Shown here in pieces: positions 1 to 12,397 of a DNA stretch of 64,000 bases; position 1 is the first letter of the stretch; each line of letters opens with the position of its first letter. Source of the DNA: Mytilus edulis. Taxonomy: Eukaryota. The translations under genes and the position numbers were made by a program. The stretch lies in contig NC_092344.1 of the NCBI RefSeq assembly GCF_963676685.1, positions 32,984,001-33,048,000 on the forward strand, read 5' to 3'. Under the pieces are notes generated by a model that did not search any database, had not been told where the DNA came from, and saw only the letters and a program-made list of their open reading frames with translations.

Positions 1-140
1 GATTGTGAGATTAAATGAACAGTGACCACATATTTTTACTTAATTTTTCTTTTTTAGTATAGGATAAAGTTTATTTATAGAAAAAAATAGAGAAATCCTA
101 TATTTAAAAAAAAAAGATTTTGACCCGTGAGTCCCCTTAA
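1..140. mobile_element. Right end of a TTAA-targeting DNA transposon/MITE (runs off window start)
   Basis: Ends ...GAGTCCCC|TTAA at 129-140. The same CCCC(T)-TTAA style of terminus occurs at 57832-57842 and 48592-48602. Confidence 0.4.
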
Positions 141-1545
141 GTGGTTGTGATGCAAGTTAATGTTATCTGCTCTTTTGGTCCGGTTGTTGTCTCTTTGACA
201 GATTCCCCATTTCCATTCTCAATTTTATGATTATTTATTCATTGTTTTGAATTACTCTCCAAGTTATTCTTTATATCTAGGTTCAGAATCTTGAATTTTG
301 AGCAAAACTGTGATAAATCATAGAGAGATTGTATTATTTCAGTGTCTTGGATAATGAAGATAAATACAAATGTTGGAGTCCTTGTCCTAGATTTTTTGTT
401 TTGGAAAAATGAAATCTTGCTTGGGTCCTATTTGGCTGTTAAAAGCACAGAAGTTTAAAGGGGCTCAAGTATTGTTAAAAATTACGAATTTTATATAAAA
501 AAAACCCAACTTTTACTGCTTTTTAAAACTCTATAAGTTGGCGTGTCTTTGGTGTCCTTCCTTGTTTTTGATGAGGCAAGATCATAACAGTCGTATTGGA
601 TTGGTTTAGTATGACATCTATTTTACTGAACTAGTACACATTTTTATAAAGGGGACATCTGAGGCCCACCTCTGGGTGCTGAATTTCTCTCTGCATTGAA
701 AACCCATTAGTGGCCTTCTACTGTTATCTTCTCTTTGGTCGGGTTGTTGACTCTTTGACATATTCCCCATTTCCATTCTCAATTTTATACTGGATATACG
801 GTTTGAGACTTGGCTTCAATGACTCAATCAAATGATTTTGAGAGACAAGTTAACACAAAGACAATCTGGCTTGTCTACAAAAATACAACATATATCTTCC
901 AACTAGACAGCTTGCACAATTATTTAACATAACTTAGTCTGCCTTATGATCATGTTAATGTAATTTTCAATTTGAGTACACACTCAAAATCGTAAAATGT
1001 GCTTCACCTGCTGTTAGCCATCTTGGATAACAAATAAGCTACAAAGAGACACTTGGTCAGCATCTCAAAACAAACATTCATACCATGTTTGGTTTAAATC
1101 CATTAAGGGGTTTTGTAGAGGAAGTCATTTGTATATATTTCCGAAAGGGGCCTTTATTAAACTAAGTCCCCTGTTGGTAGCCATCTTGATGGATGGATTA
1201 GCTACAAAGTAACAACACTTGGTCAGCACCTCTTTAAAAAAAATCGTGCAATGTTTAATTTTATTCCATTAAGTGGTTCTCTAAAAGAAAACATGTGTAC
1301 TTATTTCCCATAGTATACTATGTTAAACTATGTCCTTGCTGGCGACCATCTTGATGATGGATTAGGTACAAAGAACAACACTTGACCTCATTAGAAACAA
1401 TCGTGCCATGTTTGGTTTCACTCCATTCAGTGGTTCTCTAAAAGAAACCATTTGTATATATTTTCCATATGACCCTCTCTGGTGGGCATCTTGGATGATG
1501 AATCGGCAACTAAGTAACCACTTGGTCAGCACATCATATGGAACA

Positions 1546-2882
1546 AAAAGATGATTTCAGCTTTCCAATTGTGAACTTTCCATTTCTAAGTAGCAACATT
1601 CCAGCAGCACCTGCATACGGGGTATATATTTCCCAATTGATACGATATTCCCGTGCTTGTATTTCCTATCATGATTTTCTTGATAGAGGGTTGCTGTATA
1701 TAAGGAAGCTATTAAACCAAGAGTTCCAAATGGTGAAGTTGAAATTATGCCGGATTTGTTATAACATGAGCAACTCGACGGGTGCCACATGTCGAGCAGA
1801 ATCTGCTTACCCTTCCGGATCACATGAGATCACCCCTAGTTTTTGGTGGGGTTTGTGTTGCTTAGTCTTTAGTTTTCTATGTTGTATCATGTGTACTATT
1901 GTTTGTCTTTTTCATTTTTATACGCCCGTCAAAATTTTGACGGGACGTATTATGGTATACAAATGTCCGGTGTCCGTCCGTCCGTCCGTCTGTCTGTCTG
2001 TTTGTCCGTCTGTCTGTCCGGCGTAAACATGTCGCACCGTAACTTGAGAACGACTTATCCAAATTTCATGAAACTTAACATAGTTGTTTCTCATGATGGT
2101 CAAATGATCAGTATACTTTTTGGTGAAAATAAGATTAAAACTTTTTGAGTTACGGCACTTTGTTACTAAAACAGGGGTGTGTTTTTTTCACATGTCGCAC
2201 CGTATCTCAAAAACGATTCTTGATTATGGCTTAAAACTTTAAACACTTCTTAGTTATATTAATCTTAAAATCTGTATACTTTTTGGTGATGATTCAAAAT
2301 TTTATTTTTGAGTTATTGAGTATTTTGTAAAAAAGGGGGAGGGTTTTTTTACATGTCGCACCATATCTCAAAAACGATTTATGATTATTGTTTAAAACTT
2401 TACACATGTCTTTGTTATATTAATCTTAAGATCTGTATACTTTTTGGTGATGATTCAAAATCTCATTTTTGAGTTATTGAGTATTTTGTAAAAAAGGGGG
2501 AGGTTTTTTTACATGTCGCGCCGTATCTCATAAATAATTTATGATAATGGCTTAAAACTTTACACACTTCTTTGTTATATTAATCTAAAGATCTGTATAC
2601 TTTTTGGTTTTGATTCAAAATTTTATTTTAGTGATATTTAGGTTTTTTTTAACAAAAAAAACAGGGTTGGGGGTTTCACATGTCCCGCCGTGTCTCAAAA
2701 ACAATATATGGTTATTGCTTAAAACTTTCTAAGAAACTATTTATGATTATTGCATCAAACTTCCACACAAGACGTCGGGCGTATCATGCGCTCATGGCGC
2801 AGCTGTTTATTAGCCATGGCGTTGTCAGTTTATTTTCGATTTATGAGTTTGACTGTCCCTCTGGTATCTCTCGTCCCTCTTT
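1546..2882 (+). mobile_element. Penelope-like retroelement 3' fragment (RT C-terminal region plus 3' tail), interrupted at ~1918-2810
   Basis: Translates KDDFSFPIVNFPFLSSNIPAAPAYGVYISQLIRYSRAC, typical of the post-YxDD region of mollusc Penelope-like RTs. The tail sequence is contiguous and uninterrupted in the copy at 26200-26460 (-). Confidence 0.75.
1916..2810 (+). mobile_element. Helentron-type non-autonomous element (HINE/DINE-like), complete
   Basis: 5' TTTTATACGCCCGTCAAAATTTTGACGGG hairpin, (GTCC/GTCT)n microsatellite at 1973-2020, ~160-bp internal tandem repeats, subterminal inverted repeat TACGCCC/GGGCGTA, 3' hairpin TGCGCTCATGGCGCA. Inserted in a T-run with no TSD. Confidence 0.85.
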
Positions 2883-3545
2883 CATGCCATGTATCGGTTC
2901 TTTTAAAGAAGATATTTGTATGCATTGTCCATAAGGTCCTTTGTTAAACAAAGTCCTTCTCTGGCGCTTATCTTGATCCTCTTAAAGAAGCATTTGTATG
3001 TATTTCCCATAGGGTCAAAACCTTCAGACCAGGTGAGCTAAAAAGGAAGATGTGGTATGACTCAATGAGACAACTCTTCACAAGTGGCCATATGACAAAG
3101 AAAATAACAACTATAGGTCACCGTATAGCCTTAGTTGACTTGTAAAATGTAACAAAAAAGTTAATTCAATACACAAGAAAAGATGGTGACGACAAAAGGG
3201 CGCTAAATATTTTATCAGGTTTGTTGTACCTTTGACATTTTAACAAATTTTATTATCCTACAAAGCAACTGATTTGTATTGCAAGAAGTAAAAGGACTGG
3301 GTATTCCTTAGTATAGTTACTGATAATGTAATAGTCCTACTAATTTGAAGAAGGTTTACAAAGGCAATGAAATATTAAAAGAATTTCTGAACATCAAATG
3401 CAAATATGAATTTGCGATATCCCCTTTTTAGCTCACCTGACCCAACATTATTGCCATCACTTTGCTCCATTTGTCGTCGTTTTGGTCGTTAACTTTTTCA
3501 AAGATCTTCTTTAAAACTAATGAACTAGTTTCAATCAATCGCCAA

Positions 3546-3742
3546 TTGCGTTCACACACTCTTCTTTTTTAATTCGAATTGATTCGAATTGGATAATTCG
3601 AATTGTCCAATTCGCATTAGAAATACACTTATGCTAATACAAAGTAAAAGTTAACGTCGTTTGGACAGTTTAGCGAATTTGACGCGCATTGCAATTCGAA
3701 TTAGAATTGACGTTAGAACGTCGAATAACGTGTGATCTCAGC
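3546..3742. mobile_element. Small MITE with degenerate TIRs (PIF/Harbinger-like)
   Basis: TGCGTTCACAC at the left and GTGTGATCTCA at the right; internal repeated AATTCGAATT palindromes. Confidence 0.4.
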
Positions 3743-4974
3743 ATTATTAAATTATTAAAAAAACCCAAAGACACTAAGAAACCTCTGCAATTTTATAAGA
3801 TGTATTAATAGCAAGCTCACTCCTTCTTAACAACCATGATTTATTCACCATACTTATAGTTATAGAAAGTATTCATTTATACAATTTTAACTTTTATATT
3901 TGAGTATAAGTATATTTATTCTTTTATATGTTTTCTCATCCGAAATTTTGAATTTTATGCATTTTTAATGCATTTTTATTTTTATGTATATTTTTTTTTA
4001 ACTTCTCTGTAACCTTTGTACTTTCGTGGTTTTCTGAGAATAAACTATCTATCATTATTATTCATAATCGATCATAGAGTAAGGGCACGTCTTCGCAGTC
4101 TTGAAGCTCTTATTCAGGCTAGACACTGCCCTTTGGCAGCATTTTGAAGAACAAACCAAACTTTTTGACCAGTTACATAGAAACATTTTGAATATTTATG
4201 CGATTTACATGTATTATTACAAGATTAATCGTTTATATAAATATACAGTGTTATAGTTTTTGTTAGTCTTGTATGTTTTTAATTGTAAGTTCATATTTTT
4301 TTAAAACTAAATCCTTTAATTTCCGTGAAAACGGTTAGAGAGAAAATTTACTGTTTCAGTAGCACCATGTGCTGCCAGTTGTGATAGATAATGCAAAATG
4401 TTTCAATCATTTTACCTTAGATTTTATTTCATGGACATGTAGGTATGTGTTTTTACATCTTAAAAATTCACACAGAAGGTATACGCATATCAATAAATTG
4501 AACTCAGTGCCCAGTGCCAAGAACCTTTAAAGTACACTTGGACAGAGAGCTCAATCTAGTGAAACACTTTGTTATGCTGGTCACATGTAACTTGAAATAT
4601 CACAGTCTGTTACCAAACTGCACAGAGATCCTGAAAACAATATGCAAGTTACTAATAATTCTATTAGAAGTAGAATTCAATGGAAGTAAATAATTTGTTT
4701 ACTAAAATAAATGTAGAATATGTCGATTTGCCACAGATGCCCCTGCTTGTGAACAAAATATGAGTAAACTTCCACATATAGATGCAGGATTCACGTAGTT
4801 TTGACCGTTTTGTGACCATAACCATGGTGTATAAGTTTCAAAACATTTGGTTGCAGGAAACTTAAGTTAACGAACAGAATTCGAAACAACAGATTTAGCA
4901 TTTTTCCTATCTTAAGGCTCTGTGTTGACATTTGTATCATTGGTACTCGTACCAAATCTTCTCACATCCAACAA

Positions 4975-5450
4975 CTTGTTTGAAATGTTTTACATTGTCA
5001 TTTCGGTGCCTTTTATAGCTGACTATGCGGTATGGACTTTGCTCATTGTTGATGGCCGTATGGTGACTTATAGTTGTTAATTTCTGTGTCATCAGGTCTC
5101 TTGTGGATAGTTCTCATTTGCCGTGACTCATGCCACATTAGGTGGAGGTTGGGGGTCACATTAACATGTTTAAACCCGCCGTATTCCGTATGAATGTGCC
5201 TGTCCCAAGTCAGGAGCCTGAAATTCAGTGATTGTCGTTTGTTTATGTGTTACATATTTGTTTTTCGTGCATTTTTTGTACATAAATTAGGCCGTTAGCT
5301 TTCTCGTTTGAATTGTTTTACATTGTCATTTTGGTGCCTTTTATAGCTGACTATGCGGTATGGACTTTGCTCATTGTGTGGTGACCTATAGTTGTTAATT
5401 TCTGTGTCATTTGGTCTCTATCGGCACTCATGCCACATCTTCTTTTTTAT
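4975..5450 (+). repeat. Two tandem partial copies of interspersed repeat family A (SINE-like)
   Basis: Motif TTTTATAGCTGACTATGCGGTATGG...CCACATCTTCTTTTTT recurs at ~3045-3130(-), 6418-6595(-), 11500-12345, 19300-19525, 19840-20252, 28540-28722, 38365-38645 and 56890-57030(-). Confidence 0.8.
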
Positions 5451-6079
5451 ATTGTCTACAAGTTTTGTAGTATTTGGTTGAGGCAAACTAAAGTTAATAG
5501 AACGTTCGGAACCCATTTTTTGGGACGTTCGGGACGGATGGACTAGGGTTACACTTTATGCCCCTCCACTATGGCAGAAGTTCTGACCATTGTGCTGGTG
5601 ACACTCATCCCACTAGCACTGTTATTAACACACACACAATTTTATTATAAACATATTCAATCATAATTTTGATGTCTTAACTTTGAGCCGAATGATTATG
5701 ATTATATATGCATACATGCCCTTCCCAAGGAGTATCCAATTTGACAAATTTATTGTACATATACATTTTTGTAATATTTTATAGCTTAAATTTTAACTAA
5801 TTAAGGCTTACAAACCTAAATTGATCATCACTTTCGTTTTATATGTCTTTTAACATTCTGTTTGAACAAAACGATTTGTTACATACTTCACATGTATTTC
5901 TATCAAATCTGAAATTATTACAAAGCCAATTAAATAAAATTCAGTCGAACTTGAAAATAAATGTGCAATCAAATATATATGCAAGTCGTCAACTGGTCAA
6001 GTGGCTAGATGCACAAATTGAACGACATGTCCTATTGGTGGTTTTAAAACTTCTAGAAATATTAACGAAAATAAGGGAT

Positions 6080-7691
6080 GAGGGTCTGGATGAGGGGGTC
6101 TGTTATTCTGTAAACATTTAAATTTCACCCCTTTTTTCTCTAATCTTCAAATAATAAGTCTATTCTTTAAAAGTGATTTTTTACGCATTATTCTCTAATT
6201 TTTTCCCCAGTTTTCTTTAATCTTTAAAAAAAAAAGAGTAAAAAACATTCCTTTAAATGAATGAGAACAGTGATTTCCAAACAACAGCAAGGTTTTCATT
6301 TGTTTCTCAACAATGACGTGTTGATGTGTATTGTTCTGCATGCTTTAAATGCTAGTTCCTTGAAATAACAAGTCCAAGTTCTCATCAATTCTTTCCAGTG
6401 ATTTTGACTACATAGAAAAAAGATATGGTGTAATTGCCAATGAGACAACTCTTTAAAAGAGACAAAATGACATAGAAATTAACAACTATAGGTCACTGTA
6501 CGGCATTCAACAATGAGCGAAGCCAATACCGCATAGTCAGCTATAAAAGGCTCCCAAATGACAAATGTAAAACAATTCAAACGAGAAAACTAACAATACA
6601 GTTTCATTGTGCCTTTTTTGAGTTAACATATATGAACAATTATACAACAATAAAATGTCCTTAACGTCTCTTACAAGTCTAATCTCACAGTGGCCCTTAC
6701 AACACGACCTGACCTACTGATATGACCAATGTTTTCATTTTCAGTTTGTTCCTGTGTATCATTGCTATCATCACTACTGCTGGATGAGTCATATTCATCT
6801 GAATTATCGGAGTCTTCTAAAATTTCGTCAACTAAAATTTCGTTTGGTTTATTCATTGTCTCTTCTGTAACACGCACTTCATTGTTTATTCTGAATTCAA
6901 TATGTCCCCTGTTTTGAATGTCCTGATTCCGGTATAAAGAAATTGGTAAAGTGCCAGCTTTGTCTTTGGTTGTTTCATCTCTGACGCTTTTTTGTCTAAT
7001 GGGTCGGTAATTTTCTATCAATGATTTCATTGCAACTACATCAGTTTTAGATACCTTCTTTATTTCCAAGTCAAATTGAATGTCGAAAACGTCTGATAAA
7101 GGCATGTTGCTGTTAGGAACGGGATAGTAGGAGTTTGGGTGTGTGAAATACTTTAGAGACCAAACAGATACTCTTTTAAGAGATTCTCCAATGATAGTGC
7201 TGAAATCCCTGGCATATTTCAGCATTGAAAATGTTTGGTGTCGGAGGTGCGATACGGCATGGAGGTTTTCGACAATAGAAGTAAGCAAAGTAGAGGCTTC
7301 TGTGCGATACTGACATGACTGACCGGAAGACAACACGTGAACATTTCTAGTTAACTCGCTTATTCCAGAGTCGAGTATCTGTATGGATCTACAGGTTTTG
7401 TTAGACACGGTTCCTTGGGGGCCATTTGTCACATTAACATGAAGCTGTTGGACGTTTTTCGCATTTTAGACATGCTCTTGTACAAATAATTTTGATAATT
7501 TTCTTTAAATTTTAAGAAGGGAAAATTCTGTAAACACTTAATTTTTAGAGTTTTCTTTTATTAATTATTCAATATTCATTATATTTTTAGACCACGCATT
7601 TCTCTAATCTTTATTTTTTTGGCCCGTTATTCTCTAATCTTCATTTTTTAAGGGCATTATTCTCTAATCATTTAACCCCATCCAAACCCTC
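6080..7691. mobile_element. TIR DNA transposon derivative with 6-bp TSD (AGGGAT), carrying a coding fragment
   Basis: Left end GAGGGTCTGGATG (6080-6092); right end reverse complement GAGGGTTTGGATG (7679-7691). AGGGAT flanks both sides (6074-6079, 7692-7697). Subterminal TTCTCTAAT repeats lie in both arms. Confidence 0.75.
6671..7432 (-). CDS. 253-aa intronless ORF, probably a 5'-truncated C-terminal fragment of a transposon-encoded (DDE transposase-like) protein
   Basis: Long open frame in AT-rich DNA with GTG start and an in-frame stop ~11 codons upstream. LLTSIVENLHAVSH resembles the third-catalytic-Glu helix of P/THAP9-type transposases. Acidic tail and SRSGR motif at the C-terminus. Family assignment is from recall and has not been searched. 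Confidence 0.5.
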   Translation of the reverse strand: MTNGPQGTVSNKTCRSIQILDSGISELTRNVHVLSSGQSCQYRTEASTLLTSIVENLHAVSHLRHQTFSMLKYARDFSTIIGESLKRVSVWSLKYFTHPNSYYPVPNSNMPLSDVFDIQFDLEIKKVSKTDVVAMKSLIENYRPIRQKSVRDETTKDKAGTLPISLYRNQDIQNRGHIEFRINNEVRVTEETMNKPNEILVDEILEDSDNSDEYDSSSSSDDSNDTQEQTENENIGHISRSGRVVRATVRLDL

Positions 7692-7984
7692 AGGGATTAG
7701 TAAAGAAAAATAAATGTAAACAGAACGACTGAATAAATAAAAGGATGTTCGATATACTGTATATTTCGGTTTATTTTCAAAATCTATACGATGCTTTATT
7801 TTTATATAATTTCCTAATCAAAATAATTAAAATGAGAAGATAAATACCTAACAGCTTCCTTTACCGTCGATGCTGAAATGTTTAATGTTATATAACTATT
7901 TTAGCGTCTTTGACCTACATTATCTTTCTATTCGGATACTTGCGGTTATCTTCTCCAAGTTCAACGGGATCATTAGAATGATCT

Positions 7985-8333
7985 AGAATAGAACCCAGAT
8001 GGAACCAAGAAGTTGGGTTGCTATAACCAAACAACCTGGATGTTGAACCAGTTACCATGGTTTCGAACCAAAGAACCCGGATAGAACCAAGGTTCAGAAC
8101 CAAAAAAAACCAGATGGAACCAAAATTTAGAACCAGAGTGCCCGGATAGAACCTTATTGCATTCGGAATTTTCATGCCTTGTGTGTCCGTTATGCATTCG
8201 TTACGCGTCCGTTTTATTTGGTCAGTACATCAACGGACTCCGAACGGATAACAATTTTGTCAACGGACAACTTTTATTTTCATCCGTTAGGCGTCCGTAC
8301 GTGCTATCCGGTAAGGTGTGACCGAGGCTTTAA
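7985..8333. mobile_element. DNA-transposon end fragments (GAACC-rich subterminal repeats; Harbinger-like terminus)
   Basis: Many GAACC(A) repeats at 7990-8152; terminus GGTAAGGTGTGACCGAGGCTTTAA at ~8310-8333. Confidence 0.4.
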
Positions 8334-8619
8334 AGTAAAAGCTATAGAAAAGTCAACATGACTGAAATTGTCAATTAATCTTTTATAGGAGTTATTGTCC
8401 TTGACAAATCTTTTTGGTTTTTAGCTGAAGCTATGATAGTTAGCGTACTGAAAAATTAAACAGTCATAAATTTCAGAAATGTCAGACCTATAAATACGTT
8501 TTTGACTGTAAAAAGCAATTGATTCCTTTTAGAAGGTTTTCTCCTTGAAAGATGAATTTTATTATTTTTTTCAGTCGTTTTGCAGAAACTAAGTCTGTTG
8601 GATAGTGAGAAAAACCTTT

Positions 8620-9296
8620 GTGATGATTCAAAATTTCATTTTTGAGTTATTGAGTATTTTGTAAAAAAGGGGGAGGGTTTTTACATGTCGCACCATATCT
8701 CAAAAACGATTTATGATTATTGCTTAAAACTTTACACATGTCTTTGTTATATTAATCTAAAGATCTCTATACTTTTTGGTGATGATTAAAAATTTTATTT
8801 TTGAGTTATTGAGTATTTTGTAAAAAAGGGGGAGGTTTTTTTTACATGTTGTGCCGTATCTCAAAAACAATTTATGATTATTGCTTAAAACTTTACACAC
8901 TTCTTTGTTATATTAATCTAAAGATCTGTATACTTTTTGGTGATGATTCAAAACTTTATTTTGGAGTTATTGAGTATTTTGTTAAACAGGGGAGGTTTTT
9001 TTTACATGTCGCGCCGTATCTCATAAATAATTTATGCTTATTGCTTAAAACTTTACACACTTCTTTGTTATATTAATCTTAAGATCTGTATACTTTTTGG
9101 TTTTGAATTTTATTTCAGTGATATTTAGTTTTTTGTAAAAAAAAAAACAGGGTTGGGGGTTTCACATGTCCCGCCGTGTCTCAAAAACAATATATGGTTA
9201 TTGCTTAAAACTTTCTCAGACACTATTTATGATTATTGCATAAAACTTCCACACAAGACGTCGGGCGTATCATGCGCTCATAGCGCAGCTGTTTAT
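8620..9296 (+). mobile_element. 5'-truncated copy of the Helentron-type element at 1916-2810
   Basis: Near-identical ~160-bp tandem units and the same 3' end GGGCGTATCATGCGCTCATAGCGCAGCTGTTT. Confidence 0.85.
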
Positions 9297-9399
9297 TATT
9301 CTATCAATCGATTTACGACTTTTGAACAGCGATATAGTACTGTTGCCTTTGTTTATAGATCAAAATTCAGATCAAAATCATTGTAGATCGTCTTTAGTT

Positions 9400-10815
9400 A
9401 AACTGTGCACTGTTCATCCTGTTTGTTCTGATTTTTTTATGTTGGTAATTACAAAAAAATATATTAATATTATACACCAAAACACAATCATATTATTGGT
9501 AAGAACAAATATTCATAGATTTTCTATAATTGAACACCCATAAAAATTAATCCACATTTATCAATAGCGATAGGATTAGTTTCCTATATCTTTCCACAAT
9601 ATATATTATTCATAAAGTTTCGCAGAATAACACCATTTTCAGATAAAATGTCGAATTTACAATTGTTACTGAAATATGTCAGTAATTATTTACAGTTAAA
9701 CCTGGAAACATTGCATTGGTTCGCGTACATTTGACAAGAATTATTCCATGCTCTTTAATAATGACAGTAGTATCATTGCGCTATGCCATAACAAGATTTG
9801 AATTTTTAGTTTTTTCTATCATATCTGTACTACTGAAAATGAAGGTGTTCTTTAGTTTATATTTTGGATCAATGATTTTTATTTTGTTTTGAACACCTGT
9901 TAGTTCGAATACTTCACAGAATACTTTTTCTTCATGATTATAGACAACAACCAACCAATCCGTTTTGAAATGGAACTTTGAACCCTTCTTGATATTTCGT
10001 GCTAACCCGGTTCTGTGCAGAACTTTCCGTCTGGAAAGCTATGTATCTTTTCAACCTTTGCGAACAGTTCAGGATAGGCAATGGTGTACATATAGGCGTT
10101 ATAACTTTTTCCTCCGAAGAAGTATTAACCTTTACGAGCAATTTTTCTACGGAAACTTCAGTGAATGCTTTGCAGTCGTATTTCGACTTATGCGAAGTGA
10201 AAGGATTCACAATTTTATTCAGGATTATTTTAAGTTGACTACCGACGGCAAACTAAATCCTCCGTGAACTGTTTATCTGCATAACTGGTGATTAAATCCT
10301 TCGATGTCTTGATGAGACGAGCTGATGACTCTCAATAACATCCTACTGAATTTTTATCGTGTTTATTCAATCGATCTTCTATCAAATTATCAAGAGAGTG
10401 ATTCTGTGATTTTTTCAGTTTCTTGTTGTTGTCGCGATAGTTCAAGCATAAGTTTATCCTACAGTCTAGAAATTTAGCTACCACAAAATTCTCTTACGTA
10501 CATAATTAATTATTTGCAAATATTCGTTAATTCATTGTCCCTGTGAGATGAGGGATAAGATTTTAAACCAGATACTGGTATAGAAATGTGTGTCCTACAT
10601 AACGGACAAGTTAATAAATGATCATGAACATCCAGTTTTTTAGACAAGGTGTACAACAGATATGGTAACAGTCCCAAAGTCAAGAATCTGTGTACGGATA
10701 TACATACAATCAAATCCAACATTTTGTTTCTAGACCAGAATAGTTGGCACGCGCATTGTCAAATGGTTGTAGCTTGACATCAAAAACAAAGAAGGGAGTT
10801 TTAATATATCCAAAT
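9400..10815 (-). pseudogene. Decayed tandem paralog of the TRIM56-like gene
   Basis: Colinear DNA similarity to 13345-15355, including 5' and 3' flanks. Residual peptides LTCPLCRTHIS, AFTEVSVEKLL.KVNT.SE, KYQEGFKVPFQNGLVGC. Multiple frameshifts and deletions remove most of B-box2/coiled coil. Equivalent ATG at 10754-10756 and stop at 9493-9495. Confidence 0.9.
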
Positions 10816-11747
10816 ACTGGTTTTCTCATTTCACAAATTTTGCTTGACCTCATATTTATACACCACGCAAATTTTTTGCAGATCGTATAATGTTTTTGAA
10901 CACTTTGAATTTAAATTTTATTTTAGAAATGAATTAAAATGTAAAGCTATGATGTTTAAGATAGAGGTTTCTTGGGAACGTACCTTCAAAACACAATTTT
11001 AACATAACATTAAACAGAACTCTTGACTATAAATTTACTGTGAAAAAGTCAGCATCTGTAATCCATGTTTTAGTCTAGAAGCAGTGAAAAAAATCATACT
11101 ATATATGTTCACAATGTTAATTTGAGAACAATTACGTGTTGCTTTAAGTTAAGTAAGTCTACTTAAAAATTAAAAGCTTCAACTAGAATTGGAGCACACT
11201 CAAATTTCACAATCCTATAAAATTAAAGAGAGTTCATTTAAAATGATCCTGATAAACTTATCGAACCTTTAGATAAACTTGTTCTAAAAAGTTACCAATT
11301 AAAAACTGTAATTAGATCACTGAAAATTGTTTTTATTGGTATTAATTTTGATTTTGTTATTAGTAAATTAATACCAAACTAAATGGTATTGTTATATACA
11401 TGTATATACCTGTATCTTGGCATTACATTCTCTGACTCTTTATGACGTCTTTATACTAATGATGTTGAATGTGTACTGATTGTTAATAAAGTCTTAAAGG
11501 CATGCTTTTTTATTAGTTGTGAGTGGCTGTGAAATAGCTGTCAGTAACTGCGAGTACTCTCAGATCTGTACTTAGTGTCTTTTTGTTGTTAGGATATACA
11601 AGTACCAGGCCGGCAACGTCAACTCAATGTTTTTTTTATATGTACTTCTGTATGTATTCATCTGATGAGTTCAGACTTTTTCAACATATTTTTATAGTTC
11701 GTTCTAATGTTTTACTATCACACCACTGTTTAAGGATATGGTGGAGT

Positions 11748-12397
11748 TTTGGGATCCCGCTAATATGTTTTACCTGCCACATTCTGTATGTATGTGTCCG
11801 TTTTTCGTTCATTTTTTGGTTAATGAATAAGGCCAGTAGTTTCTCGTTTGAATTGTTTTACATTGTCATTTCAGGGTCTTTTATAGCGGACTATGCGGTA
11901 TGGGCTTTGCTCATTGTTGGAGGCTGCACGGTGACCTATAGCTTTTGATGTCTGTGTCATTTAGTCTCTTGTTGAAATCTGTCTTATTGGCACTCGTACC
12001 ACATCTTCTTTTTTTTTTATAATAAACTTAATTCTTATAATTGCATTTATTTGCTTTAATTATGAAATAACTTTTGGGATCCCGCTAATATGTTTTACCT
12101 GCCACATTCTGTATGTATGTGTCCGTTTTTCGTTCATTTTTTGGTTAATGAATAAGGCCATTAGTTTCTCGTTTGAATTGTTTTACATTGTCATTTCAGG
12201 GTCTTTTATAGCGGACTATGCGGTATGGGCTTTGCTCATCGTTGGAGGCTGCACGGTGACCTATAGCTTTTGATGTCTGTGTCATTTAGTCTCTTGTTGA
12301 AAGCTGTCTTATTGGCACTCGTACCACATCTTCTTTTTTTTTTATAATAAACTTAATTCTTATAATTGCATTTATTTGCTTTAATTATGAAATAACT
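11748..12397 (+). repeat. 325-bp tandem duplication (repeat family A 3' half plus flank)
   Basis: 11748-12072 is repeated at 12073-12397 with about 3 substitutions. Confidence 0.9.

Larger units (their letters stand above)
1000..3045 (-). mobile_element. Helentron-type non-autonomous element with ~165-bp internal tandem units, split by nested insertions
   Basis: Units containing GCCATCTTG...CATGTTTGGTTT...CCATT start near 1017, 1180, 1345 and 1486 and resume at 2885-3015. Terminus CAGGTGAGCTAAAAA at 3030-3044; its reverse complement TTTTTAGCTCACCTG also occurs on + at ~3425. Confidence 0.55.

Noticed and set aside
1538-2026. 162-aa ORF as a host gene
   Set aside because: Chimeric read-through of a Penelope-like RT fragment, its non-coding tail and a microsatellite-bearing Helentron end.
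11660-11690. CTGATGAG as a hammerhead core in repeat family A
   Set aside because: No stem II followed by GAAA downstream in this copy or in the 19840 copy.
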